From positions 76,702 to 140,701 of the forward strand of contig CAZDQW010000001.1 in NCBI GenBank assembly GCA_964507845.1: a DNA stretch of 64,000 nt, written 5' to 3'. The stretch's first letter is position 1. Every line of letters begins with the position of its first letter. This document shows, piece after piece, positions 27,945 to 37,801 of the stretch. This DNA is from an uncultured Megasphaera sp. (GTDB lineage: Bacteria > Bacillota > Negativicutes > Veillonellales > Megasphaeraceae). The translations under genes were made by a program, and so were the position numbers. The notes under the pieces are model-generated. The model was not told the origin of the DNA, did not search any database, and was given only the letters and a program-made list of their open reading frames with translations.

Positions 27945-28899
27945 TGCCTTTTCCTCCCTTCTTCCACTTGGACAGCATAAATTCCGCCAGTTCTTTGTTC
28001 CCTAATATACCGTACGGCCGGTACAGCATGAGGAAGATAAGCAAGAGTGCGTATACAATCATGCGGTATTCAGGGTAACTCTGCATCGCAGCGGCGATAA
28101 ATGTAAGAATGATCGCGCCAATGACAGAGCCGGATAAACTTCCCAAACCGCCCAGAACGACCATCGTCATGATATCGAAAGAACGCATGAACGTAAAGCT
28201 CGCCGGATGGGCAATACCGAAGAAATGAGAAAACAACGAACCTGCAAGCCCGGCAAACATCGCCGAAACAGTAAAAGCAAACACTTTGAACATCGTTGTA
28301 TGGATGCCCATGGCTTCAGCAGCAATGGCATTTTCACGAACAGCCAAGCAAGCCCGGCCCTGGTTGGAATTAATGATATTCTTTAAAATAAACAGGACGA
28401 TAATCATGCAGATGAAGATCCATGGAAAGGTAGCTTCCCGCGGAATACCCGTCATGCCTGACGCGCCGCCGACTTTCTGGATATTCAAAATGCATATGCG
28501 GATAATTTCGCCCATCCCCAGCGTTGCAATAGCCAGATAATCGCCTTGAAGCCGCAGCGTCGGCAAACCGACAAGCAGTCCCAAAACACCTGCCGCAATA
28601 GCTCCGCCTATAATGCTGACGCCAAAAGGCATATGGAAAAACATGGTGCATACGGCAGATACATAGGCGCCAATAGCCATAAAACCAGCATGGCCCAGTG
28701 AAAACTGTCCTGTAACGCCGTTGATGAGATTCAAGCTTGACGCCAAGATAACATTGATGCACATTAACGATATATTAAGCCGCCAAAAAGGCGATAAAAT
28801 CCGTTCGGCCATCAAAAACTGAAAGATCGCAAATACGATTACGGCGATGACCAGAAAAATAGCGTCTTGTTTTCGCAATTGTTTTAGCATCATCATCAC
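27919..28899 (-). CDS. livM: Liv-type ABC permease
   Basis: GQFSLGHAGF, RLQGDYLAIATLG, VLGGLGS, RPYGILG. Confidence 0.92.
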   Translation of the reverse strand: MMMMLKQLRKQDAIFLVIAVIVFAIFQFLMAERILSPFWRLNISLMCINVILASSLNLINGVTGQFSLGHAGFMAIGAYVSAVCTMFFHMPFGVSIIGGAIAAGVLGLLVGLPTLRLQGDYLAIATLGMGEIIRICILNIQKVGGASGMTGIPREATFPWIFICMIIVLFILKNIINSNQGRACLAVRENAIAAEAMGIHTTMFKVFAFTVSAMFAGLAGSLFSHFFGIAHPASFTFMRSFDIMTMVVLGGLGSLSGSVIGAIILTFIAAAMQSYPEYRMIVYALLLIFLMLYRPYGILGNKELAEFMLSKWKKGGKGNGTVAESK

Positions 28900-29793
28900 C
28901 TATACCTTTTCATGCTGATTCTTACCGAACAGGCCTGTCGGCTTAATAAGCAAAATAATAATCAAAATAGCAAAAGCTGCGGCGTCACGGAACGTGGAAG
29001 AAATAAACCCGCTGACCATTGCTTCCACGATGCCCAAAATAATACCGCCGGTCATCGCGCCCGGAATAATGCCGATACCGCCGAGAACAGCGGCAACAAA
29101 GGCTTTCAAGCCCGGCATAATCCCCATCAGCGGTTCAATGGAGTTATAATAAATTCCAACCAAAACACCGGCAGCGCCTGCAAGACTCGAACCAATACAG
29201 AACGTAAAAGAAATCGTCTTGTCTACGTTAATCCCCATAAGCTGCGCCGCATCAGGATCGTACGAAACAGCCCGCATGGCTTTCCCCATTTTCGTATAAT
29301 TAACAACATAAGTAAGAACCAACATCAGCACGATGGAAGTTAAAAAGATGACGATTTGCTGAAAAGAAATAACGAGACCGCCGATATTGTATATGCTGTT
29401 ATTCATAACCATCGGAAATGTCCGGGGCTGCGGCGTTAAAAATAGCATGGTCGTATATTCGAGAAAGAAACTTACGCCGATAGCCGTCGTTAAAATAGCA
29501 ATTTTCGGACTGTGCCGCAAAGGCTTGTACGCTAACCGTTCAATGATCATGCCTAAAACGCCTGTCATGGCCATAGCTACGATAATCGCCGGAGCAAAAG
29601 GAAGTCCGAGAACAGTGATAGCAAAAAAACCTGCATATGCGCCGATCATATATACGTCGCCATGAGCAAAGTTGATCAGCTTCATAATACCGTATACCAT
29701 CGTATATCCTAATGCGATCAATGCATAAATGCTTCCAAGAGATATACCGTTTATGAGCTGCTGCATAAATTGCAAACCTAATGTCCCTTCCAC
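28900..29793 (-). CDS. livH: Liv-type ABC permease
   Basis: LINGISLGSIYALIALGYTMVYG, INFAHG, GKAMRA, VLGGIG, KPTGLFG. Confidence 0.93.
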   Translation of the reverse strand: MEGTLGLQFMQQLINGISLGSIYALIALGYTMVYGIMKLINFAHGDVYMIGAYAGFFAITVLGLPFAPAIIVAMAMTGVLGMIIERLAYKPLRHSPKIAILTTAIGVSFFLEYTTMLFLTPQPRTFPMVMNNSIYNIGGLVISFQQIVIFLTSIVLMLVLTYVVNYTKMGKAMRAVSYDPDAAQLMGINVDKTISFTFCIGSSLAGAAGVLVGIYYNSIEPLMGIMPGLKAFVAAVLGGIGIIPGAMTGGIILGIVEAMVSGFISSTFRDAAAFAILIIILLIKPTGLFGKNQHEKV

Positions 29794-29848
29794 TATAAAC
29801 TCCCCCTTTGATTTTCTGGGACTGCTAGCATATTTTCCTCTTCATTCA

Positions 29849-30169
29849 TTAAATCAGCTGCTGGCTAATCGTATATCCCTCATCAACACGATTAATAAAT
29901 ATTCTTCCATCACCATGGGTGCCTTTCGGTTTTGTCTGGCACACGGAGATAATCGTCGTAACGACTTTCGTCTTATGTTCGTCGTGAACAACGAGGTAAA
30001 CCATTTCTTTCGGCATATCATCATACCTTATGCCGTTAACGACAACTCCGCGCTGTTTTCCCCGGCCTGAAACATGCCAGTGAGTTATCCCATAAAGCCC
30101 CAGTTCGGCTAATGCATCTTTCAGCGCCTTCAATTTTTCGCGCCGTATGATCGCTTTAATTTCTACCAT
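29849..30169 (-). CDS. PII-family signal transduction protein, NifI1-like with short T-loop
   Basis: AIIR, GRGKQRG, MPKE, GDGRIF. T-loop is 4 residues shorter than GlnB. Confidence 0.88.
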   Translation of the reverse strand: MVEIKAIIRREKLKALKDALAELGLYGITHWHVSGRGKQRGVVVNGIRYDDMPKEMVYLVVHDEHKTKVVTTIISVCQTKPKGTHGDGRIFINRVDEGYTISQQLI

Positions 30170-30378
30170 AGTCCCTTTCCCTTCTTTCCCCTAAACTTCA
30201 TCAAAAAAAAATACGACGAATTATTTTTCCTAAAAATAACATCGTCGTTATAAAAAAATATTTTATTTTTTTGATGAAATAAGTTTATCATTTAAATTTA
30301 TAAAATACAACTGGATATATGCACAATTTTTTTTTACATTTTACATAAATTCAAAAAAACATTTATGTTATTCCATAA

Positions 30379-30415
30379 TAAATACAGACCTGGACAATTC
30401 CAGGTCTGTATTTTT
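30379..30415 (-). terminator. Terminator after the class III aminotransferase
   Basis: AATACAGACCTGGA/TCCAGGTCTGTATT stem flanked by A/T tracts. Confidence 0.8.
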
Positions 30416-30436
30416 GTTTACATCTATCCATGCCTT

Positions 30437-31762
30437 TTATTTTATCATATCGTCTACTTCAGTTAATACTTCATCCATAATGGCCATGGCTTCTCTTAGT
30501 TGTTCTTCTGTAATAATGAGAGGCGGAGCCACCATAATGGTATTTTCATGGGAGTACGTATAAAATCCTTTGTTTAGTAATTTTTTCATAATAGACGGCA
30601 TGATGCCTTCCGGATCCTGCCCATAAGGAACGAGAGCCTCTTTTGTTTCCTTGTCTTTTACTAACTCAATGGCCGACCATAAGCCGATATAACGGACATC
30701 TCCGACACAAGCATGTTTTTCTTTCAGTTCTTCTTCCAGTTCGCCGAGAAGTTTGCCGACAGTATTGACATTTCCCAGAATATCAGCTTTATCATAATAA
30801 TTCAAGCAGGCGATGCCGGCAGCGCAGGCCAACGGATGGCCGCTGTATGTAAGCCCGCAGGACAGCACATGATCATCAAAGAAAGCCGCTATATCTTTCG
30901 ATACGGCAACACCGCCAAGCTGGACATACCCGCAGGTAATACCTTTGGCAAATGTTACGATGTCAGGCTTGACGTTAAAGTGTTCAAAGGCAAACATCTT
31001 GCCTGTACGGCACCATCCGGCCATGACTTCATCGCAAACCATCATGATGCCGAACTCATCGCATATTTTGCGCACGCCTTCCAGATACCCTTTCGGCGGA
31101 ATAATAATTCCGTTGGAACCGGTAATGGTTTCCATGAAAATGGCGGCAATCGAACCGGGATTTTCATAAACAACTTGTTCACGCAGCTTTGCCAGATAAA
31201 ATTTCGTAGCAGCTTCTTCATCGGGAAACTCAATAGCTTCCCGGTATACATATGGATCAAAAAATTTGATAAAACCGGGGATTCCAGGTTCCAACGCATA
31301 GCGGCGCGGTTCGCCGGTTAAATTTCCGGCGCCGAAAGACGAACCATGGTAACTGCGGTAACGGCTCATTATTTTATTCCGGCCCGTATACATCCGGGCT
31401 ATTTTTACGGCATTTTCATTTGCATCAGCGCCGCCGTTCGTAAAAAATACCTTGCCCATGTTATCCGGCATGCGCTCAATAACCATCTTGGCCAATTTAG
31501 CCCTCGGTTCCACGGCAAATCCCGGCGACAAAAAACAATATTTATCGGCTTGTTCTTTAATCGCTTCGACAATATCGCGATTACCGTGGCCGACATTGGA
31601 ATTAACCAGTTCCGACGACATATCCATATACCGATTGCCTTCGCTGTCCCATAAATAAATGCCTTCTGCCTTTGTAATAACCAGCGGATTGATTCCTTTC
31701 TGCTTCGACCAGGAATGTAAATTATATTTTAAATCCATTTCCCGTATTTCTTGTCCTGTCAC
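30437..31762 (-). CDS. Class III PLP omega-amino acid aminotransferase (beta-alanine/taurine/GABA type)
   Basis: YMDMSS, FFTNGGADANE, YHG, DEVMAGWCRTG, PLP lysine in TFAKG, SGHP. Start likely GTG 31762 by SD spacing; uncertain. Confidence 0.9.
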   Translation of the reverse strand: MTGQEIREMDLKYNLHSWSKQKGINPLVITKAEGIYLWDSEGNRYMDMSSELVNSNVGHGNRDIVEAIKEQADKYCFLSPGFAVEPRAKLAKMVIERMPDNMGKVFFTNGGADANENAVKIARMYTGRNKIMSRYRSYHGSSFGAGNLTGEPRRYALEPGIPGFIKFFDPYVYREAIEFPDEEAATKFYLAKLREQVVYENPGSIAAIFMETITGSNGIIIPPKGYLEGVRKICDEFGIMMVCDEVMAGWCRTGKMFAFEHFNVKPDIVTFAKGITCGYVQLGGVAVSKDIAAFFDDHVLSCGLTYSGHPLACAAGIACLNYYDKADILGNVNTVGKLLGELEEELKEKHACVGDVRYIGLWSAIELVKDKETKEALVPYGQDPEGIMPSIMKKLLNKGFYTYSHENTIMVAPPLIITEEQLREAMAIMDEVLTEVDDMIK

Positions 31763-31904
31763 TGTAAACATCTCCTTTATTCTGTTACTAAAAAACACTG
31801 ATTATTGTCTTTCTGAAAGTTATTTTTTTCATCTTATTATATACACAATAAAACACCTATTTCAATCTGTAAAAGAACAGTGTTTTTTGTGCAGACAAAC
31901 AAAT

Positions 31905-33041
31905 TTATTTTTTATATAAAAGATCTCTGATTTTAAAAGCCAGTACCATTGCTGTTTTATCTTCTTCGTCATATAAATCTTTTCCTGTTATTTTTTCAAT
32001 TTTGTTAAATTTATATAAAATAGTATTACGGTGTACAACTTCATGAAGAGCTGTTTCCTTAATGCTGCACTGGTGAAATAAATAATACCTCAACGTTTCC
32101 GTCAAAGAAGAACGATGAGCTTTATCATAAGCAGCCAGCGCTCCCAAAGTCTCTTCATAAAAATCCTGCAATACAGATACAGGAGTGCCATTAAGAAGCA
32201 ATTTATATAAACCGGCATCTCTATATGCGGCGACAGGCCGTTCCGGACCTGTCAAAGCCTGAATTGCTGCGGCTTTTCTATAACTTTCCGACAATTTTGA
32301 AATAGGCGATACAGCATCTCCTACACTGATCGTCACCGCAATGCCGTGACTTAATAAATACGTATATATTTCTTTTACTTTATCCAAAGCCGCTGCCTCG
32401 TCGCCAAATAAAATACCGGCAATAGCACCTCCGTACGGAATAGCGTACACCTTTTCCAGCAAACCGAGGAGAGCCAAAATTTCATCCGTATCCTGTTTTT
32501 CGCTGGCGGCTTTTAAAACAGATACGCAAAATGTACCGGAAATATCTATTCCCTGCTGTTCCAAAGCAGCGCAAGCCGGGCCGCAGTGATCGGGCGCCAT
32601 AATAATAGATACAAAGTACTGCAGCAGACGCTGTTCTTTCTTTTCTTCTTCCATAATAAACTGACATAAATATCGCGTAATATCGACGAGCCGGACATCC
32701 CACGGAAGAATAAATAACGGCAGTCCCGCTCCCTCGCAAAATTGTGATACTTCATCGGGAATCTCCTTGATATAAGAGCCTATATTGACAACGAGTCCCG
32801 CAGCGCCGCCTTGATGGAGTTGTGTTGCATAATCCATCAGCCATTCTGAATTTTCGCAAAGTAATCCCGTAAAAAATACAAGTTCCCCGCCTTGAAGAAA
32901 AGATGCAGCTTCTTTGCTTTCAATCATATGTATCCACGTCACAGTACGGTCAAAGCCTGCCTGCCCTGCCAAGTACTGCATACGATAAATATGAACGCTT
33001 TTACTATACAAAAATCTTACAGTTACAGCCACGCCCTTCAT
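31905..33041 (-). CDS. PucR-family transcriptional regulator
   Basis: LAGQAGFDRTVTWIHMIE..LQGGELV N-domain; C-terminal HTH TLRYYL..HRNTILYK. Confidence 0.9.
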   Translation of the reverse strand: MKGVAVTVRFLYSKSVHIYRMQYLAGQAGFDRTVTWIHMIESKEAASFLQGGELVFFTGLLCENSEWLMDYATQLHQGGAAGLVVNIGSYIKEIPDEVSQFCEGAGLPLFILPWDVRLVDITRYLCQFIMEEEKKEQRLLQYFVSIIMAPDHCGPACAALEQQGIDISGTFCVSVLKAASEKQDTDEILALLGLLEKVYAIPYGGAIAGILFGDEAAALDKVKEIYTYLLSHGIAVTISVGDAVSPISKLSESYRKAAAIQALTGPERPVAAYRDAGLYKLLLNGTPVSVLQDFYEETLGALAAYDKAHRSSLTETLRYYLFHQCSIKETALHEVVHRNTILYKFNKIEKITGKDLYDEEDKTAMVLAFKIRDLLYKK

Positions 33042-33281
33042 CCCCTCTTTTTGCTGTTACGGCAACACAAAAATGCACAACAAAGTTATTACACCTCATT
33101 GTGCATTATCGGCCCGAACCAAATCATTTTTGTTTTAACTTAAATTTTATTATATTATATATAATTTGTAAACACAAAAATATATTTCTTTATTTTTATT
33201 TTTTATATTTTTTATAAAAAAAATATCTTTTATAATATAATTGACTATCAGGAATATATCATGATTCGGGAGGGTTTGTTT

Positions 33282-34241
33282 ATGAATATTGCCGTCTTGG
33301 GCTGCGGACGATGGGGAACATTTCACGCTTGGTACGCCCATCGTCTCGGTCATAACGTCATCCTATGGGGACGCCCGTCATCACGTCATTTAAAAGAACT
33401 ATATCAAACAAGAAAAAATGAATATTTGACACTGCCTCATACAGTCACGCTGACCTCTGATTTACATCAGGCATTATGCCATGCCGACGCCTGCATTATT
33501 TCCATCAGTTCTCAGCAGCTTCGTTTCCTGGCCAGGCAAATCCGAGAACAATCGTTTTCAACTACGATGCCTTTTATTTTGGCAATGAAAGGATTGGAAA
33601 TGGGCAGCGGCAAACGGCTTACCACAGTAATGGAAGAAGAACTCGGGGAAAATGTCCCCGCCGCCGTCTGGGTCGGTCCCGGCCATGTGGAAGATTTTAC
33701 AGCCGGCATGCCGAACTGCATGGTCATGGCATCCCGCAGCATGACGCTGACCAAACACCTTGTCAGCATGTTTACCAGTTCACTCATCCGTTTTTACTAC
33801 GGCAGCGACTTACTGGGTATCGAAATCGGCGCGGCTGCAAAAAATGTCATGGGAATTGCCGCCGGTATGCTCGACGGAGCCGGCCTCACCAGTTTGAAAG
33901 GAGCCTTAATGGCTCGAGGCACTCATGAACTTTCTCTTCTCATCGAAGTTCTCGGCGGCAAAGCTATGACGGTTTACGGATTAAGCCATCTAGGTGATTA
34001 TGAAGCTACTTTATTTTCAGCTCACAGCAATAACCGCCGGTTCGGTGAAGATTTTATGCAAGGCAGGCCCTTTCATAAACTTGCCGAAGGAGTATATACG
34101 GCAGAAGCGCTTATGGACTTATCGGCAGAAACCGGCGTCGAACTTCCAATTACCCATGCGATTTACGATATCGTAAAATTACGCTGCGATCCCCATGACA
34201 AGTTAAAACAACTGTTTCTCCGCGCTACAAAAGCAGAATAA
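33282..34241 (+). CDS. gpsA: NAD(P)H-dependent glycerol-3-phosphate dehydrogenase
   Basis: GCGRWG, MKGLE, GPGHVE, AAKNVMGIAAG, GLSHLGDY, SNNRRFG, AEG. Confidence 0.9.
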   Translation: MNIAVLGCGRWGTFHAWYAHRLGHNVILWGRPSSRHLKELYQTRKNEYLTLPHTVTLTSDLHQALCHADACIISISSQQLRFLARQIREQSFSTTMPFILAMKGLEMGSGKRLTTVMEEELGENVPAAVWVGPGHVEDFTAGMPNCMVMASRSMTLTKHLVSMFTSSLIRFYYGSDLLGIEIGAAAKNVMGIAAGMLDGAGLTSLKGALMARGTHELSLLIEVLGGKAMTVYGLSHLGDYEATLFSAHSNNRRFGEDFMQGRPFHKLAEGVYTAEALMDLSAETGVELPITHAIYDIVKLRCDPHDKLKQLFLRATKAE

Positions 34242-34492
34242 TGCCGCCTGCCCCTTTTGCGTTGTGTTTAGTATTTAAGCAAATAACGCTAACCAAAGAG
34301 CACGATTTCATAACTCTGCATTGAGAAATCTCTCTGTTGCAAAAAAAAAGCTTATTATTTCAGCAAGAATTGATAAATCAATATTAAATTTTTGCAATTG
34401 TTTTTCTGTATTTATTAAAATATACTGAAATATAAGAAGAAACATTGTAGAAAAATACTAAATTAACGCTATATAAAAAGGAGGTATTATTT

Positions 34493-36421
34493 ATGTTGGA
34501 TCATGTATTTAGTCCGATCACTATTAACGGGATGCGTCTCAAGAACCGTATGGTCGTTACTCCCATGGTAACAGATTACTGCAATGAAGATGGAACGGCA
34601 ACAGAAAAATGGCTGGCTTACCATGAAGAAAAAGCAAAAGGCGGCTTTGGGCTCATTATTACGGAAGATTATAATATAGCGCCTAACGGGCATGGATTCA
34701 AAGCAACTGCAGGATTTTGGAACGACGAGCAAATTGCCAGTCATAGTGCTCTTCCGCCAAGAGTCCACAAATACGGAGCAAAAATCTTGGCCCAAATATA
34801 TCATTGCGGCCGCCAAACCAATACCGGCGCTATCCCCGGCATGACTGCCCGCTCTTCTTCGCGAATCGCCTGTCCTTTCAGCGATATGATGCCGGAACCT
34901 TTTACTACGGAAGAAGTGAAAGAAGTCGTCAGCCAGTACGGAGATGCTGCTTTAAGAGCAAAAAAAGCCGGCTTTGACGGCGTTCAAATCCACGCAGCTC
35001 ACGGTTACTTAATTACCCAATTTCTTTCCATGTATTCGAATAAACGCCTTGATGAGTACGGCGGAAACTTCTGGAACCGCACCCGTTTTATCCGGGAAAT
35101 CATCGAAGATATCCGTCAAAAATGCGGCCGCAACTTTGTCATTGATATTCGCCTGTCCGGCAGTGAGTTTGTAGAAGGCGGATTAACCATAGAAGATACA
35201 AAAACAATTGCCATGATGGTCGAAGCTGCAGGCGTAGACATGATCCATATTTCACTTGGCAATTATCTTACGTTTGATTGGAACATCCCCAGCGGATACC
35301 GGGAGCATAATCTCATTGCCGAACACGCAAAAGCAGTAAAATCCGTAGTGAAAGTACCCGTAACGGTCGTGGGCCGGATCAATGATCCATTTCTGGCCGA
35401 GACGGTCCTTGCTTCCGGCCAGGCCGACCTGGTAGGCATGGGACGCGCCTCTCTGGTAGACCCGGAAATGCCGAATAAAGCATTGGCTGGACGTTTCGAA
35501 GATATTCGCCGCTGCTTTGGCTGCGATAAGGGGTGCATCGGTGTTCTGCTGACAGATAATCCTATTACATGCGTATTGAATCCTGAACTGGGAAATGAAT
35601 GGCAAGGCGAAATCAAACCTGCTGAGGTTAAGAAAAACATAATAATCATAGGCGCCGGCCCAGGCGGTCTGGAAGCAGCAATCTATGCGGCCAAACGAGG
35701 TCATAAAGTGACGGTATTCGAGAAAGAAGATCACAGCGGCGGCCAGTTCTTCCTAGCATCCATACCTCCGGGAAAAGGCGAAATTACGGACTTTTTAGTA
35801 TGGCAGACAACGCAGTGCAAAAAATTGGGCGTTGAAATCCGGTACAGCACAGAAGCTGCTTTGGAAACTATCCAGGAACTGAATCCGGATTATGTAATTT
35901 TAGCCACGGGCGCTACGAATAAACGGATTCCGATTCCCGGCCTTGCTGATGATAAACGTGTAGTAGATCCCGGCGACGTGCTGAGCGGAAAAGTCTGGTA
36001 CGGCAGTCAAATTGTAATCATCGGCGGCGCCCTGGTGGGCAGTGAAACGGCCCATTTCCTGGCGCAGGAATTGCGCGACGTCAGCATTGTGGAAATGCAG
36101 CCTGAAATTTCCGCTGACGCCGTATTCCCTGTAAAAGTAGACATTAATCGTCATTTAGACGAACGTAAAGTCAAGAAGTACGTAAATTCCACAGTAAAAG
36201 AAATTGTTCCGGAAGGCGTCGTAATCGAAGACAACAAAGGCAACAAACAGATTCTTCCTTGCGACCAGATTGTCGTAGCCGCCGGCCGCGATCCGTATAA
36301 ACCGCTGGAAGATGATTTGAAAAAAGCCGGCATTGCTTACAGCATTATTGGAGATGCTAACGGGCATAAAGAAGCCGGCGACGCTATCCGTGAAGGCTAT
36401 GAAATCGGCAGAACGCTGTAA
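34493..36421 (+). CDS. Old-yellow-enzyme-family FMN/[4Fe-4S]/FAD oxidoreductase (BaiCD/BaiH/FadH-like)
   Basis: TIM-barrel HAAHGYL, RLDEYGG; C-x2-C-x3-C-x11-C (CFGCDKGC..C); FAD motif GAGPGG; NAD motif GGALVG. Confidence 0.9.
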   Translation: MLDHVFSPITINGMRLKNRMVVTPMVTDYCNEDGTATEKWLAYHEEKAKGGFGLIITEDYNIAPNGHGFKATAGFWNDEQIASHSALPPRVHKYGAKILAQIYHCGRQTNTGAIPGMTARSSSRIACPFSDMMPEPFTTEEVKEVVSQYGDAALRAKKAGFDGVQIHAAHGYLITQFLSMYSNKRLDEYGGNFWNRTRFIREIIEDIRQKCGRNFVIDIRLSGSEFVEGGLTIEDTKTIAMMVEAAGVDMIHISLGNYLTFDWNIPSGYREHNLIAEHAKAVKSVVKVPVTVVGRINDPFLAETVLASGQADLVGMGRASLVDPEMPNKALAGRFEDIRRCFGCDKGCIGVLLTDNPITCVLNPELGNEWQGEIKPAEVKKNIIIIGAGPGGLEAAIYAAKRGHKVTVFEKEDHSGGQFFLASIPPGKGEITDFLVWQTTQCKKLGVEIRYSTEAALETIQELNPDYVILATGATNKRIPIPGLADDKRVVDPGDVLSGKVWYGSQIVIIGGALVGSETAHFLAQELRDVSIVEMQPEISADAVFPVKVDINRHLDERKVKKYVNSTVKEIVPEGVVIEDNKGNKQILPCDQIVVAAGRDPYKPLEDDLKKAGIAYSIIGDANGHKEAGDAIREGYEIGRTL

Positions 36422-36558
36422 AAGAAGTTCCGTTTTCCGTCATAGCAGCGTGGAAGCAGATTGTATTCAGACACTAATAAATAATAAATTATGAAAAAGT
36501 TTTCGTAGTTTATGTAATCTATCCAAAAACTCTTTACCCATATTGAACTGCTAATAAA

Positions 36559-36611
36559 AATAGACAGCATGAACTCTGTTAAAAAAGTAAACAGAGTTCA
36601 TGCTGTCTATT
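36559..36611. terminator. 22-bp perfect inverted repeat between convergent genes (bidirectional terminator)
   Basis: AATAGACAGCATGAACTCTGTT-9 nt-AACAGAGTTCATGCTGTCTATT. Confidence 0.8.
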
Positions 36612-36689
36612 CTGATAAAAGAAAATATAAAGTATATGAAAATAATTCAAAAATCAGTACATAAAAAATAGGAAAGGACTATTCAAATT

Positions 36690-37559
36690 TCAAATGATTT
36701 CTGCTGCTTTAATAGTTTTATAGTAATTCCGTATTTCATTCGGAGTACTTCCGACATATTTTTTGTATGCAGAATAAAAATGCTGCAAATTACAATACCC
36801 GCAGACAGCGGCAATATCTTTAATAGGCATATCGCTGAATACCAACAGAGATTGAGCCTCTCCCAGTTTTCTGTTTAAAATATATTTCATAATCGTGTAT
36901 CCGGTTTCTGCCTTGAACTTATGAGAAAGGTAGTAGGGACTTACGAAAAAAGTCTTTGCAATGAAATCAAGACACAGCGGTTCACTGAAATGTGCATCTA
37001 TAAAATCCAATACGTCCGTAATGAGACGGCTGTATTTTTTTCGCTCAATACGCTCCATTTCACCTGCAAGAAGCATGTTGATCACTGAAATTTCATGTTC
37101 AATCGCCTGGTGAATAACTGTCGCTGCGCCGTCTTTGGGATTGCTGCTGAGATAAAACAAATACCGTGTGACGGCGCGGAGATAATCGAACGCTTCCCCG
37201 GTTCGAATGACAGGCTTCATTTCAACAGGAAGTAATGTATTGGGAAGCATACCGGGACTATTGATTCCGGAAATTCCCAGACAGTACTGTTCAAAATACT
37301 GGGACACAGAGAATTCAGAATGAAGTGTTCCGGCATTTTTGATGACAAGGTCTCCTTCAGAAATTAAAAATCGGTTATGGTTATATTCAAAATTTGCTTC
37401 ACCTTTAATAATGAGAGATATTTCCAGAAAATCATGATGACTATGATGAGGAAACATCCACGGCCCGGAAACGGAATCTGGAGATACGGAAATATGATAA
37501 AATGACTCAATTTTTAAAGAATTACTATAATCGCGATATTGAGGAACTGCTGTTTTCAC
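36690..37559 (-). CDS. AraC-family regulator with cupin sensor domain
   Basis: HHSHHDFLEI cupin; SPYYLSHKFK..G, IAAVCGYCNLQHFYSAYKKYVGSTP. Confidence 0.92.
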   Translation of the reverse strand: MKTAVPQYRDYSNSLKIESFYHISVSPDSVSGPWMFPHHSHHDFLEISLIIKGEANFEYNHNRFLISEGDLVIKNAGTLHSEFSVSQYFEQYCLGISGINSPGMLPNTLLPVEMKPVIRTGEAFDYLRAVTRYLFYLSSNPKDGAATVIHQAIEHEISVINMLLAGEMERIERKKYSRLITDVLDFIDAHFSEPLCLDFIAKTFFVSPYYLSHKFKAETGYTIMKYILNRKLGEAQSLLVFSDMPIKDIAAVCGYCNLQHFYSAYKKYVGSTPNEIRNYYKTIKAAEII

Positions 37560-37726
37560 ATAAAATCACCTCGCCCGGAAAGACAATATATTCAAGTTTC
37601 TTCTATGAAAAATGAATGAATCCGCACCATTGAACATACTAAATACAACGTATAGGCTATTTATACTATACCATATTTAACAGAAAATATTTATATAAAA
37701 TTTTCTTAAAGATAAGACTAAAACAA

Positions 37727-37775
37727 CAAAAAGGTTCCTCTATGATGAAATCTAATTCACAAAGGAACCTTTTTT
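37727..37775 (-). terminator. Terminator after the CNNM gene
   Basis: AAAAAAGGTTCCT/AGGAACCTTTTTT. Confidence 0.7.
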
Positions 37776-37801
37776 ATTTTACAGAAAATCTTTATGTACC
37801 C

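Noticed and set aside
28888-28899. Run of Met codons at the livM start
   Set aside because: Reflects start-codon ambiguity and coupling to the livH stop, not a functional repeat.
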